Virus record (IMG/VR): IMGVR_UViG_2706796482_000001
Location: 32,001 to 96,000 of that record
Source of the DNA: a virus
Lineage: Duplodnaviria; Caudoviricetes
Length of the DNA: 64,000 nucleotides
Strand: one strand, 5' to 3'
Shown here: positions 21,516 to 31,974 of the stretch, piece by piece
Numbering within the stretch: the first letter of the stretch is position 1
Layout: each line of letters opens with the position of its first letter
Made by a program: the position numbers and the translations under genes
Notes under the pieces: model-generated
What the model was told of the DNA's origin: nothing
The model's database searches: none
The model's input: the letters and a program-made list of their open reading frames with translations, nothing else

Positions 21516-21811
21516 TGTACAGACCAATCCGTAATTGGCACAATCGCAAGAAAACCATTTCAAGCGAAGGATACGTACTAGTCTTTGCTCCTGAGCATCC
21601 AAAGTCTTTCAATGGAGGATGGTACTATGAGCATCGGATGGTCTTTGAAGCTAAGCTTGGAAGGCTCCTCAAGAGTGATGAGACTGTTCATCATATCGGA
21701 GTCAAGAGTGACAATTCTAGAAAAAACCTGTTCCTCTGTAGTTGGAGAGAACATGAACGTCTGAACCGCCAGGAACATGTGGCCTTGACACAGCGTCAGC
21801 GCTCATGTTAG
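21515..21811 (+). CDS. HNH endonuclease
   Basis: EHRMV...VHH...DN..NL...EH. Confidence 0.8.
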   Translation: MYRPIRNWHNRKKTISSEGYVLVFAPEHPKSFNGGWYYEHRMVFEAKLGRLLKSDETVHHIGVKSDNSRKNLFLCSWREHERLNRQEHVALTQRQRSC

Positions 21812-21841
21812 GCTTGTCCAACAACAACGAAAGGAACAAGC

Positions 21842-22597
21842 ATGTCCGATATGACATGGCTGTTTGTGTCTGACATTCATTTCCCGAATCACGACAGGCG
21901 AATGCTTGACCTGTGGTTTGAGGTGATGAAGTATCTTAAGCCAGGTGCTATTGACCTGCTTGGAGACATTGACGACGCAGACGGAACTGGCCGATGGGCC
22001 GAAGGAACTTCACGTGAGGGCTTCTCTCAGAACGACCCTGGCGTTACAGGGACGCGAGACTTTCTTGCCGAAGTTCACTCAAAGGCACCGAAGGCTGATA
22101 AGCACTTTTTCGATGGTAACCACGGTTGGCATCGACACGTAAAGTGGCTGGACAAGAACAATCCACAGTCTCTCGAAGATGGCATTTATACTCCTGAAAG
22201 CATTTATGGGGTTGCGGCCAATGGATTTGTATGGCATAACTATCTGGAGCGCCCGGCAAAAAGGTACGGAGACATCTACGCTCATCATGGCGTAAGCATC
22301 TCTCAGTATTCTGCCGAGTCTGTTCGTAACGATGTGAAGAAGTTCGAAGTCTCATTGATTCGAGGACACTCACACCGTCAGGGCTATTACGCTCATACAG
22401 CTCCGCTTGAGGACCGAACTGTTCGTGGTTGGGAGATTGGCCACATGTGTGTGCCTACAGGACAGGATTACGACCTGTCTCCTGACTGGCAGGCCGGATT
22501 TGCATATGGCGTAGTATCAGGTGATGAGGTCTTCATCGACCTTGTTCCAGTAATGAACTACCGATGCAATATCGGAACCAAGGTATTCAACGGATAA
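21842..22597 (+). CDS. Calcineurin-like metallophosphoesterase
   Basis: SDIH, GDIDD, GNH, HHG, GHSH motifs. Confidence 0.85.
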   Translation: MSDMTWLFVSDIHFPNHDRRMLDLWFEVMKYLKPGAIDLLGDIDDADGTGRWAEGTSREGFSQNDPGVTGTRDFLAEVHSKAPKADKHFFDGNHGWHRHVKWLDKNNPQSLEDGIYTPESIYGVAANGFVWHNYLERPAKRYGDIYAHHGVSISQYSAESVRNDVKKFEVSLIRGHSHRQGYYAHTAPLEDRTVRGWEIGHMCVPTGQDYDLSPDWQAGFAYGVVSGDEVFIDLVPVMNYRCNIGTKVFNG

Positions 22598-22648
22598 AGA
22601 TAAGACCTCCCATGCTATAATGTTAGAAAAAGCAAGGGAGGTTAAATC

Positions 22649-22900
22649 TTGAGAACAAGCAAGTTTTGGAAGGATGCATTCGAGCGAGCAATCAAGACCG
22701 TTGCCCAGTCTGCTGTTGCAATTCTAGCTCTATCCACTGGCCTTATTGATGTCAGTTGGATTGATGCTGCATCTGTGGCTGGTCTAGCAGGTCTAGTTTC
22801 TCTTCTTACATCCATTGGTTCTGCTGGAGTTGGTAGCTCCGAGAGCGCTTCCCTTGTCGTAGATACAAAGGACAAGGTACCAACTAGTGAACCATACTAA
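22649..22900 (+). CDS. Holin (r1t-like)
   Basis: FWKDAFERAIKTVAQ...SLLTSI; two hydrophobic segments; GGGAGG RBS, TTG start. Confidence 0.8.
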   Translation: MRTSKFWKDAFERAIKTVAQSAVAILALSTGLIDVSWIDAASVAGLAGLVSLLTSIGSAGVGSSESASLVVDTKDKVPTSEPY

Positions 22901-23066
22901 ATGTGGTGGAAGAGTATTTATTGACAGAGTCTTTTCAGATAAGACTCATCTTGAACTAGCCTGCATTGAATGTGGTGCTAGATGGATGCTCGACAAAACC
23001 AAGAACAAGCTTGCCCAGTGGCTTACAGCAAGAGAGAAAACACACTCTGCTAAGTTTGCTCGGTGA
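22887..23066 (+). CDS. Small zinc-ribbon protein (59 aa, not in ORF track)
   Basis: GTG start; MNHTKCGGRVFIDRVFSDKTHLELACIECGARW...; HxxC and CxxC. Confidence 0.6.
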   Translation: MNHTKCGGRVFIDRVFSDKTHLELACIECGARWMLDKTKNKLAQWLTAREKTHSAKFAR

Positions 23067-23128
23067 AAGACAGGATGCTATACTCGACATAGCGCTCCCC
23101 TGCGTACGCAAGTGCGCAGGGGACATTA

Positions 23129-23659
23129 TTGTTTGGAGACCAAATGGGAAAAGAAACTAGGATTGGGAAGAGAAATCCTAATCGATATTTCTTCCTCGAT
23201 GGCGTTCCTCACAAGAAACTACAAATCAACCGTGGAGCAGACACTCTGCTCGCATGGAATTATATTGAACGCAAACGAGTTGCGTATGTATGGTCTGTAG
23301 CAAAGAGAAACATGCAGGCTGCATTTCTGAGCAAAGACGTTCGAAGAATGTTGAATCGTCATCGAAACAGTCTTCATCTCTATATTCATGAGCAGCAAAT
23401 CAAGACTCCTTTCAAAACCTATTCCCTGGATGGGGAATTCCGTCCAGGAATGTATTTGTGGTCAGAGAAGGATATTCTTGACCTGCATGAATTGCTCGTA
23501 AATCGAGGTTACGGCCGGAAGCGCAAAGACGGTTTGCCTCCAGCATCACGCCTTCCTTCCCGAGCAGAGCTACTTGCCATGATGCGTAACGATGTGGTTC
23601 TATACACTAAGACCAAGGACGGCAACTTTACGCCGGTCTGGCAAGAGAATGATTGGTAG
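23129..23659 (+). CDS. Putative HTH DNA-binding protein
   Basis: SKDVRRMLNRHRNSLHLYI MerR/excisionase-like helix pair. Confidence 0.5.
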   Translation: MFGDQMGKETRIGKRNPNRYFFLDGVPHKKLQINRGADTLLAWNYIERKRVAYVWSVAKRNMQAAFLSKDVRRMLNRHRNSLHLYIHEQQIKTPFKTYSLDGEFRPGMYLWSEKDILDLHELLVNRGYGRKRKDGLPPASRLPSRAELLAMMRNDVVLYTKTKDGNFTPVWQENDW

Positions 23660-23664
23660 GTCTG

Positions 23665-23952
23665 ATGGCTACAGCTAAGTACACCCCCTTTGGGGATAGG
23701 CTCGACCCTTCAATTGCAATTGTGCAGGCAGCAAATGCATTGGACGTTGCAGCAAAATTTGCGGTTGAGACAAAAGACTCAAGAGCCCTAATCGATGTGG
23801 CTCGGTCATGGGTTGAACTCAGTGGTCGGCTGGGGTATGATGACGAAGAAGAGGACGACGAGCCCGAGAATGAGGAGCGTCGTTCATTTGGTTTCTCAGT
23901 GACAAGCGACATTGGAGAGGAGGACGCTGAGGATGACGGTAGTGAAGGGTAA
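23665..23952 (+). CDS. Hypothetical protein (acidic C-terminus)
   Basis: ORF in replication module. Confidence 0.55.
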   Translation: MATAKYTPFGDRLDPSIAIVQAANALDVAAKFAVETKDSRALIDVARSWVELSGRLGYDDEEEDDEPENEERRSFGFSVTSDIGEEDAEDDGSEG

Positions 23953-24124
23953 TATCAGCTACACGCACAACCTTGGAAATTTCAGGAGTGTGAAGGTGGA
24001 TGTTGGTATTGAAGATACAGTCCGAGAGGGCGAGAATGTTGACCAGGCATTTGAGCGAGTTTTCAGTAAGCTAGAGGACCAGCTTGGTACTCGTGTAGCG
24101 AAGGCGGTAGATGAGCTAGGATGA
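23933..24124 (+). CDS. Hypothetical protein
   Basis: ATG 23933 after GGAGG. Confidence 0.6.
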   Translation: MTVVKGNISYTHNLGNFRSVKVDVGIEDTVREGENVDQAFERVFSKLEDQLGTRVAKAVDELG

Positions 24125-24486
24125 CCAGGAAGCAGAAGAGTCCCAGGCAGCAGGCACGAGCCCTCATTGAGACATACAAGAAGCTTGTTGAGGAGCGATA
24201 TGGCCGTAAGCCTATTCTCAATAGCAATAGCCTTTCATGGGGCTTCATTGACGCAATCAATGACCTAGGATATGGTGATGCCAAGAAGGCGCTCGAATAC
24301 TTCTTCACCTGTGACTCTCCTGGTCATGATGTATATGTCTATCTCAACAAGTATGAGAAGCTTCATGAGAACAGGCTCAAGGTTGAGGAAGACGCCCGGA
24401 AGAGAGTAGAGCGTCTACGTAAGACAGCGGCTATGGTAGCTGCACTGGACAAAAAGAATGAGGAGGCAGCACATGGCGAGCACTGA
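24121..24486 (+). CDS. Hypothetical protein (possible helicase loader)
   Basis: Coupled directly upstream of helicase. Confidence 0.5.
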   Translation: MTRKQKSPRQQARALIETYKKLVEERYGRKPILNSNSLSWGFIDAINDLGYGDAKKALEYFFTCDSPGHDVYVYLNKYEKLHENRLKVEEDARKRVERLRKTAAMVAALDKKNEEAAHGEH

Positions 24487-25693
24487 GGCAAAGGTAATTA
24501 GCGCAGTCTGCCGTTCTAAGCAGGTAGCGCCACTACTCGCTGATAGCGTTGACGACCTCTTTGTATCACATAGAGATATCTGGGTTGCTCTGCGAAAGTA
24601 TTACATGCAGTTCAAGGCAATCCCAGACCTCTCTGTGCTACAAGAGCGCTTCTCTCTGCTAGATGATGTTGAAGCGAAGGGCGAGCCTGATTTCTACCTT
24701 GACGAACTAAAGGGTGAATACCTTCGTAGCCGCATGGTGGGCATCATGGACAAAGCTGATACCGCTCTGAATGGAGAGGCACCAGCGCGTGTTCTTGCAA
24801 AGCTTACAGCCGAACTGGGCAAGCTGAACAAGTTCACCAACAACGTACGTGACCTTGACCTTATGGACATTGAGTCTGCTGAGCGTCACTTTGAGGTTGT
24901 ACGTGAAAGGGCGGCAGCAAATGGTTCACCTGGTATTCCTACTGGAATCAAGGCAATCGATGCCGCATATCCTACAGGTATGGCACCTGGCCACCTTATC
25001 GTGGCTATTGGTTGGCCTGGTAAGGGTAAGACTTGGTTCACTTCCTATCTAGCCTGTAAGGCTTGGGAGCGTGGATTCAAGCCGATGATTGTCTCTCTTG
25101 AGATGTCTCCTGAGAACATGCGTGACCGAATCTATACTCTTATGGGTTCTGGTCTGTTCTCAGCGACGGACTTTGCTCGTGGTCAGATTGACATTGACAA
25201 TTTCCGTGCATGGGGACAGAAGAAGCTGGCTAACAAGCCAGAGTTCATCATCGTTTCAAATGAGGGTGTTGGCGATGTTACGCCTAACGTTGTTCAGGCG
25301 AAGATTGAGCAGCACCGTCCAGACCTGGTAATCTGTGACTATCACCAGCTATTCACGAACAACAACCGAAGCAACTCTCCCGTAGAGCGAGCAATGGGTG
25401 TGTCTCGTGAATTCAAGCAGCTTGCAATCACGAATAACATTCCTCTGATTGACATTACGGCTGCTACGGCTGATGATACGAACAGCACAAAGACGGCTCC
25501 AATGCTGAACCAGGTTGCATGGTCCAAGGCCATCGAGTATGATGCTGACATGGCGTTTGCGGTTCACCGTGACCCTGACAGCGGCCTTATGCAGGTTATT
25601 TGCAGGAAGAATCGTCATGGTTCTGACTTCGAATTTGAGATTGATGCAGACCTCGACAAGGGTGTCTGGAAGGAATCCTACGGCGGTTTCTGA
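24473..25693 (+). CDS. dnaB: DnaB-like replicative helicase
   Basis: GWPGKGKT Walker A, SLEM, DY, KNRHG. Confidence 0.9.
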   Translation: MASTEAKVISAVCRSKQVAPLLADSVDDLFVSHRDIWVALRKYYMQFKAIPDLSVLQERFSLLDDVEAKGEPDFYLDELKGEYLRSRMVGIMDKADTALNGEAPARVLAKLTAELGKLNKFTNNVRDLDLMDIESAERHFEVVRERAAANGSPGIPTGIKAIDAAYPTGMAPGHLIVAIGWPGKGKTWFTSYLACKAWERGFKPMIVSLEMSPENMRDRIYTLMGSGLFSATDFARGQIDIDNFRAWGQKKLANKPEFIIVSNEGVGDVTPNVVQAKIEQHRPDLVICDYHQLFTNNNRSNSPVERAMGVSREFKQLAITNNIPLIDITAATADDTNSTKTAPMLNQVAWSKAIEYDADMAFAVHRDPDSGLMQVICRKNRHGSDFEFEIDADLDKGVWKESYGGF

Positions 25694-25989
25694 TGCACAG
25701 CAATGTCAAAAGGTTTCAGGTGGACGGCATCATCAATGATGATGCTGATTTTCCACGACTGAGAGCAAACTACGAACACTTGCTGGTTAAAGAAATGCGC
25801 GGTACAGGATACATCCCAGTCCTTGACTTGGGTCCATACTTCTCAACTGAATACAGGCAAGACAGCAAATATAACTTTGTCATAACGGCTTATGGAATCT
25901 ACGTTGGGAGGAGAAAGTCTTGGGAAATACACGGAATAGTGAATGGGCTCCCAGTATCTATGACTACACAGAAGAACAAATCGCAGTAG
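25693..25989 (+). CDS. Hypothetical protein
   Basis: Coupled ORF. Confidence 0.55.
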   Translation: MHSNVKRFQVDGIINDDADFPRLRANYEHLLVKEMRGTGYIPVLDLGPYFSTEYRQDSKYNFVITAYGIYVGRRKSWEIHGIVNGLPVSMTTQKNKSQ

Positions 25990-26984
25990 TCATTCAGGGT
26001 GTTGGAGTAGAGGTAGACGGCGAAACGGGCAATGACTTCCTTTGCTACTGTCCTTTCCATGGAAATACGGATACCCCAAGCTTCTCCGTTTCCAAGCGTA
26101 ATGGTACATTCATCTGCTTCAATGCTGCGTGCGCAGAGCAGGGGAATCTAATCGGCCTGGTGCAGAGGCTTCGAAAGTGCAGTATGATGGAAGCACTTCG
26201 ATTCGTCATGAAGCACAAGGAGACTCGACATGTATCTCTTGCCGAACGACGACAGAAGCGTCTGGACCGTGGTGGAGAATTCAATATTCTTCCTGATGCT
26301 CCATTCGAGCGCATGTACAATGACTTCTGGAACAATCCTGAACCAGTCAGGTACATGGTCGAAGACAGGGGTTTTGAGGAAGATACTCTTCATCACTTCA
26401 AGATTGGTTACTCTGTCAAAAACGACATGGTGATTGTTCCCATGCATTCCCCAGAGGGAAAGCATGTGGGACTCATTGGTCGTAGCATTGAAGGCAAGCG
26501 ATTCAAGAATTCACCTGGCCTTCCAGTGAGTAGAACTCTTTGGAATTTGAACAGAGCAAGGGCGGCCGGTGATGCAGTGGTTATCACAGAAGCGTCCTTT
26601 GATAGTATGAGAGTTCATCAGTCAGGGTATCCTTGTACAGTAGCTCTACTAGGAGGCCATCTAAGCCTTCTGCATATTGAGCTTTTGAATAGATACTTCA
26701 ACACTCTTATCATCATGACTGATTTTGATAAGAAGGAAGACCACATTTCCCCTGTATGTAGAAAGTGCGAGGGGCAGTGTAAGGGGCACAATCCAGGAAG
26801 AGACCTTGGTAAGCTCATCGTAGAGTCCTTTCCTCGTAAGCGAGTGCTTTGGGCTTCACATGGCTACAAAGAGGTTTATCCAGATGGCGCTAAGGACCCT
26901 GGTATGATTTCTGATAAGGAAATCAAGACCTGTGTTCAGAACGCTGTGTCCAACTTTGAGTACAAAAGGTGGGGCTTGTACTGA
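25920..26984 (+). CDS. dnaG: DNA primase (CHC2 zinc finger + TOPRIM)
   Basis: CPFH...CFN..C; ITEASFD; DFD; KDP. Confidence 0.9.
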   Translation: MGNTRNSEWAPSIYDYTEEQIAVVIQGVGVEVDGETGNDFLCYCPFHGNTDTPSFSVSKRNGTFICFNAACAEQGNLIGLVQRLRKCSMMEALRFVMKHKETRHVSLAERRQKRLDRGGEFNILPDAPFERMYNDFWNNPEPVRYMVEDRGFEEDTLHHFKIGYSVKNDMVIVPMHSPEGKHVGLIGRSIEGKRFKNSPGLPVSRTLWNLNRARAAGDAVVITEASFDSMRVHQSGYPCTVALLGGHLSLLHIELLNRYFNTLIIMTDFDKKEDHISPVCRKCEGQCKGHNPGRDLGKLIVESFPRKRVLWASHGYKEVYPDGAKDPGMISDKEIKTCVQNAVSNFEYKRWGLY

Positions 26985-27061
26985 CAGGCTCCCATCTGCT
27001 ACAATAGAGACTAGTAGGCGCTAAGGCGACCTCGAATAAAACTAGGAGAATATAAACTAAT

Positions 27062-27829
27062 ATGGGTACTCTTAAGGGTCTCGCAGCAATTCGCGCACAT
27101 AATGAGAAGCAGGCACAGGCAGCCAAGGAGCGAGAAGCGCGTCTCAACTCCGCAAAGGTAGAATACCTTAGCCTGAATGATGGACAGAGCGTAAAGGTTC
27201 GTTTCCTACAGGAGATGGACGCAGAGGCGAAGAACTACGACAAGGCTCGTGGCGTAGGCGTTGGTGTCGTTGAGCACAGCGTTTACGACAAGGCAAACCG
27301 TCGTATGTACCGCACCGCCTGTCTGATGGACGACGAGGGTCGCTGCTACGGTTGTGAGCGTTACCGTGCTGGCGACAAGGATTATTCAACAAAGCGTAAC
27401 TACTACATCAACGTCCTGGTAGATGCAATGGACGGTGAGGCTCCAAAGACTATGGTACTTTCCCGTAGCCTAGGCTCCTCATTCTTCGAGAAGCTTATTA
27501 CCATGCATGACCTTCTCGACAGCATCACTGAGCACAACTTCAAGGTCACCCGAACGGGTACCTCAAAGGACACCAAGTGGGACCTACAGCTCCTTAAGGG
27601 AGATGCAGCACTGGATGACAGTGAGGCTGTAGTCCACGACATCGACAATGAGGCCAATGGCATCATCCGTCGTTACCCATACGAGGCCACTTCTGAGAGG
27701 GCTTCCCAGGAGCAGTATTTCGCTGGTGAAACCTACAAGCAGAAGGAGGGTGGCGCTTCCGATTCCGGCAATGCAAATTCCGGTGGTGGAGCTAAGTCTT
27801 CTGGCTACAACATGGACGAGTCCTGGTAA
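27062..27829 (+). CDS. Single-stranded DNA-binding protein (gp32-like)
   Basis: VRFL, H...C...C..C, acidic/aromatic C-terminus; between primase and polymerase. Confidence 0.7.
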   Translation: MGTLKGLAAIRAHNEKQAQAAKEREARLNSAKVEYLSLNDGQSVKVRFLQEMDAEAKNYDKARGVGVGVVEHSVYDKANRRMYRTACLMDDEGRCYGCERYRAGDKDYSTKRNYYINVLVDAMDGEAPKTMVLSRSLGSSFFEKLITMHDLLDSITEHNFKVTRTGTSKDTKWDLQLLKGDAALDDSEAVVHDIDNEANGIIRRYPYEATSERASQEQYFAGETYKQKEGGASDSGNANSGGGAKSSGYNMDESW

Positions 27830-27836
27830 ACAAGAT

Positions 27837-27860
27837 AGCCCCTCTTCGGAGGGGCTTCTT
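27837..27860 (+). terminator. Intrinsic terminator
   Basis: AGCCCCTC-TTCG-GAGGGGCT-TCTT; same hairpin recurs at 52736. Confidence 0.7.
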
Positions 27861-27914
27861 GCATCTCTGGCCCGCGTCTGATAGAGTAGACCTACAACAA
27901 CAAGGAAGGTATCG

Positions 27915-30900
27915 ATGAAGCAGAATATTGAACTTCACCTTCACGACCATTACTCCTCCATGGACGGAACCAATACAGCAGCAGAGTATATGGTTCGTGC
28001 CAAGGAATTGGGAATGACGCACCTTGCTCAGACGAATCACGGAACACTTGGTGGACACCGTGAGTTTCAGCAGGCTGCGATGGACGCAGGTATTGTTCCA
28101 ATCCTCGGTGTAGAGGCTTATATCTCACCGACTGACCGCTTTGACAAGCGCTCCAAGGCGTCTCGTGCAGACGGCACAAATGCATACAACCACCTTATTA
28201 TCCTGGCTCAGAACGAGACGGGACTACAGACTCTCAACCGAATCAACCGTGTTGGCTGGACCGAGGGCTTTTATTCTAAGCCTCGTATCGACATGGAAGT
28301 TCTGGAAAACGACAATGAGGGTCTGATTGTTCTTTCTGGATGCCTTAACGGACTCATCTGTAAGGCAATCGAGGCCGGTGAGCTTGAAGAGGCTCTAAGC
28401 ATTGCTGACCGCTTCAAGAGTATTCTAGGTGACCGATTCTTCATTGAGGTTCAGGGTCACAATCCTGTTGAGATGAATGAGGCACTGTTCCACATTGCTG
28501 ACACCAAGGGCATCAAGCCTGTTGTCACGAGTGACTGCCACTACGCTCGTAAGGAAGACCTGTGGATTCAGGAAGCTATGCTCATCCTGAGCACGAATCC
28601 AAAGAAGAGTAAGGACGCTGAGCTTTCCAAGTCACAGAAGATGGAGATGCTTGAGCGATTCAATTACCTGTATCCTGACCGCAAGATGACCTTCGAGAAG
28701 ATTGAGATTTACCTTCACGATGCACAGGAGCATCTTGATGCGTTCAAGGCTCAGGGATTTGACCGCGAGGATATTGTGTCTAACACGCACGTCGTTGCAG
28801 ACATGATTGGCGATTATCCATTCCACCGTGGCCTTGACCTTCTTCCTCGTCCGTCTGATGGGAATCCTGATGACATTCTGGAAGAAAAGTCCCGGCAGGG
28901 ATTGAGGGACCGTGGTCTGTATGACACAAAGGGATACGTAGCGCGGCTTGAAGAAGAACTAGACATCATCAAGTCAAAGGACTTCTCTACTTACTTCCTC
29001 ATTGTTGAGGACATGATTTCATGGGCAAAGTCTCAGGGAATTATGGTTGGTCCTGGTCGTGGTTCTGGTGCTGGTTCACTCGTGAACTATGCTCTCGGCA
29101 TTACAGAGATTGACCCAATTGCAGAGAATCTTCTGTTCTTTCGATTCATCAACCCTGAGCGAAATGACTTTCCTGACATTGACACCGACTTCGAGGATGC
29201 TCGTCGTGGTGAGGTCAAGGAATATCTTCGCAAGAAGTATGGCCACGTTGCATCAATTGCAACCTATGGCTACTTCAAGGACAAGCAGGTAATCAAGGAC
29301 GCAGCGCGTGTATTCTGCATTCCTGTGGGCGAGGTAAATCGAGCCCTCAAGTTTGTGGATAAGTGGGAGCAGTTCCTTAGCTCTCCTACGACTGAGGAAT
29401 TTCGTAAGAAGTATCCAGAGGTCATCAAGCTGGCAGAGCGCCTTCGTGGTCGTATCCGTCAGTCTGGTATGCACGCGGCCGGTGTGGTAATTGCGAATCA
29501 GCCTCTGGCCAACTTCGCACCCATCGAAACTGCAAAGGACCCTAACGACCCCAACGGCCCTAGGATTCCCCTTGTAGCCATGGACATGGACCAGGCAGCA
29601 GACCTTGGTCTTGTAAAGCTTGACGCCCTTGGGCTTAAGGCTCTTAGCATTATCAGGGACTCTCTTCGAATGATTGAGGAGCGTCATGGTCGAAAGATTG
29701 ACCTGAACGCTATTCCACTCACTGACAGCCGAGTGTACGGAATGCTTTCTGAGGGATACACCAAGGGTGTGTTCCAGTGTGAGGCTACCGCTTATACGAA
29801 GCTGATTATCAAGATGGGTGGCGTCTCTAATTTCGATGAGCTTGCTGCGTCTAACGCTCTTGTTCGTCCTGGTGCCATGAATACCATTGGTGCCGAGTAC
29901 ATTGCACGAAAGAACGGAAAGTCTCCTGTTAAGTATCACCACTTTGAGATGAAGCCATTCACCTCAGAGACGTATGGTGAGATTCTGTATCAGGAGCAGG
30001 TCATGCAGACGATGACTGAATTGGCCGGTATGAAGATGGCCACTGCCGATAAGGTACGTAAGATTATCGGTAAGAAGAAGGATGCCAGTGAGTTCGACCA
30101 GTACCGAGAGGAATTCCTTGAAGGTGCTAGCAAGAAGGTTCACCCTGCTGTTGCTGAAAAGCTCTGGCAGGACTTCGAGGCTCACGCTGGCTACTCCTTC
30201 AACAAGTCTCACGCTGTGGCTTACTCACGGCTCTCCTACTGGACTGCATGGCTCAAGAAGCACTATCCTCTGGAGTTCATGTGTGCCACACTTCGCAATG
30301 AAGGTGACAAGGACTCTCTGACTGAGTACCTGATTGAGACAAAGCGTATGGGCATCAAGGTTCTCCTTCCACACGTCAACATCTCAAAGGTCAATTTCGA
30401 GATTGAGGGTGACGCGATTCGATTCGGTCTCGCCAACATCAAGTTCATTCGTGAGCCTGGTGCAATGAGGCTGATTGAGTATCGTCCATTCACCTCCTAT
30501 GCTGACCTAAAGGAAAAGATTCAGGAGTCTGGTAACGGCCTGAACGTACGTGCTTTGAAGGCTCTGTATCTTGTAGGTGCAGCAGCATTCGAGGACATGC
30601 CTCGTACAGGAGAGGAACGAGAGAACTTCTACGAATACCTTGGTATTCCTGCTTTCGAATTGAAGTTCATTCCACCAAAGGTCAGGGCACAAATGACTGA
30701 CCTGGAGGATTTCAAGGACAAGGGTGCTTTCTGTATCCTTGCCATGGTCAAGGGAATTAAGCGTGGTGAGGGATGGGCTCGATTGGACTTGATTGATGAG
30801 ACTGGCACCGCAGGTGTCTTTACTAATCCTGAGACTCCTATTGAGCCTGGCCAGATGTATGCTATCCTGGTATCTGACAACAGGGTTGCGAGGTTTGCGA

Positions 30901-31199
30901 CCATGGATGAACTGATTAACAGGATTCCTAACGGCTTCGTGGACTATCTCTATGCGAGTGAGTACGGTGACATTCCTGACGGCATGTACAAGGTGCTTGC
31001 TTTCCAGAGGTACGTTACGAAGGCGAAGAAGACAATGGCGTACACGACTGTATGTGACTCTGAAAAGAATCTCTATCCAGTCATGGCCTTCCCAACCATG
31101 TTCCACAAGGCATATGGCAAGTGCAAGGATGGTGCAGTAATTGACGCCATCCTTAAGCAGACTCAGGAAGGTAGCTGGTTTTACGACAATATCCTGTAA
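27915..31199 (+). CDS. dnaE: DNA polymerase III alpha subunit
   Basis: PHP domain, GPGRGSGAGS, PDIDTD, HAAGVV, YSFNKSHA. Confidence 0.95.
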   Translation: MKQNIELHLHDHYSSMDGTNTAAEYMVRAKELGMTHLAQTNHGTLGGHREFQQAAMDAGIVPILGVEAYISPTDRFDKRSKASRADGTNAYNHLIILAQNETGLQTLNRINRVGWTEGFYSKPRIDMEVLENDNEGLIVLSGCLNGLICKAIEAGELEEALSIADRFKSILGDRFFIEVQGHNPVEMNEALFHIADTKGIKPVVTSDCHYARKEDLWIQEAMLILSTNPKKSKDAELSKSQKMEMLERFNYLYPDRKMTFEKIEIYLHDAQEHLDAFKAQGFDREDIVSNTHVVADMIGDYPFHRGLDLLPRPSDGNPDDILEEKSRQGLRDRGLYDTKGYVARLEEELDIIKSKDFSTYFLIVEDMISWAKSQGIMVGPGRGSGAGSLVNYALGITEIDPIAENLLFFRFINPERNDFPDIDTDFEDARRGEVKEYLRKKYGHVASIATYGYFKDKQVIKDAARVFCIPVGEVNRALKFVDKWEQFLSSPTTEEFRKKYPEVIKLAERLRGRIRQSGMHAAGVVIANQPLANFAPIETAKDPNDPNGPRIPLVAMDMDQAADLGLVKLDALGLKALSIIRDSLRMIEERHGRKIDLNAIPLTDSRVYGMLSEGYTKGVFQCEATAYTKLIIKMGGVSNFDELAASNALVRPGAMNTIGAEYIARKNGKSPVKYHHFEMKPFTSETYGEILYQEQVMQTMTELAGMKMATADKVRKIIGKKKDASEFDQYREEFLEGASKKVHPAVAEKLWQDFEAHAGYSFNKSHAVAYSRLSYWTAWLKKHYPLEFMCATLRNEGDKDSLTEYLIETKRMGIKVLLPHVNISKVNFEIEGDAIRFGLANIKFIREPGAMRLIEYRPFTSYADLKEKIQESGNGLNVRALKALYLVGAAAFEDMPRTGEERENFYEYLGIPAFELKFIPPKVRAQMTDLEDFKDKGAFCILAMVKGIKRGEGWARLDLIDETGTAGVFTNPETPIEPGQMYAILVSDNRVARFATMDELINRIPNGFVDYLYASEYGDIPDGMYKVLAFQRYVTKAKKTMAYTTVCDSEKNLYPVMAFPTMFHKAYGKCKDGAVIDAILKQTQEGSWFYDNIL

Positions 31200-31207
31200 G
31201 GAGGATA

Positions 31208-31387
31208 ATGGATGAAGCAGTCAGGCCAGAAGACATTCTGCGCCTGTTGCTTATCGCCAATGGCCCTGTCACTGTCTCTGCTGAGGAGATGGACAGGGCC
31301 TTGTGTGATGCAACACAATATCAGGTAGCTGTAAGCTACGAACCATTCAAAGAAGAATTCACAATACACCTGGAGAACAATGATTAA
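31208..31387 (+). CDS. Small hypothetical protein (59 aa, not in ORF track)
   Basis: GGAGGA RBS; MDEAVRPEDILRLLLIANG... Confidence 0.55.
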   Translation: MDEAVRPEDILRLLLIANGPVTVSAEEMDRALCDATQYQVAVSYEPFKEEFTIHLENND

Positions 31388-31754
31388 CGGACTTGAAAAT
31401 CTTGGCAATGACCTGAGCATCAACGATTACCAGCTAACTGCCAATGAGACTGCGATTTACCCTGAGAATGGCGAGGCCAGTACAGCGGCTATCAATTACT
31501 GCATTCTTGGCCTGGTAGGTGAAGCTGGAGAGATTGCGAACGGCTTCAAGAAGACCATTCGAGACGATGATGGCATTGTCACAGGAGAGAAGGCAAAGGC
31601 TCTGGCAGCAGAGCTGGGAGACGTTCTCTGGTATGCAGCAAATCTTGCCAGTGAGCTTGGATACCCTCTGGAGCTGATTGCCAAGCAGAATACGCAGAAG
31701 CTCAAGTCTCGTCAGGCACGAGGTGTCATTGCTGGCAGTGGCGACAACCGCTGA
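31380..31754 (+). CDS. mazG: MazG-like nucleotide pyrophosphohydrolase
   Basis: LGLVGEAGE...ELGDVLWY...GSGDNR. Confidence 0.9.
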   Translation: MINGLENLGNDLSINDYQLTANETAIYPENGEASTAAINYCILGLVGEAGEIANGFKKTIRDDDGIVTGEKAKALAAELGDVLWYAANLASELGYPLELIAKQNTQKLKSRQARGVIAGSGDNR

Positions 31755-31773
31755 CGCCTGATATACTTGGCCT

Positions 31774-31974
31774 ATGAGCACAGAAGCATATTTCCTCCGG
31801 GGAGTCGAAGACGAACACCTATTGGTATTCCGAGGCGACGACGCGGAGGAAATTTTGTTTATCATTGCGCGGTTGGCCGCCTGCCGCGACAAAAAAATAA
31901 AGGCAATGGCAAGAAAACTTGAAGAGGAATGGAATCAAATAAACTATGGAAATCGAAGAGGAGATTCTAGCTAA
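31774..31974 (+). CDS. Hypothetical protein
   Basis: 66-aa ORF. Confidence 0.45.
   Translation: MSTEAYFLRGVEDEHLLVFRGDDAEEILFIIARLAACRDKKIKAMARKLEEEWNQINYGNRRGDSS

Noticed and set aside
21075-22900. Endolysin beside the holin
   Set aside because: Neighbours are an HNH nuclease and a phosphoesterase; no endolysin recognised in this window
29253-31106. Long minus-strand ORFs (229 aa, 199 aa)
   Set aside because: Antisense shadows of dnaE; no minus-strand gene is supported anywhere in the window
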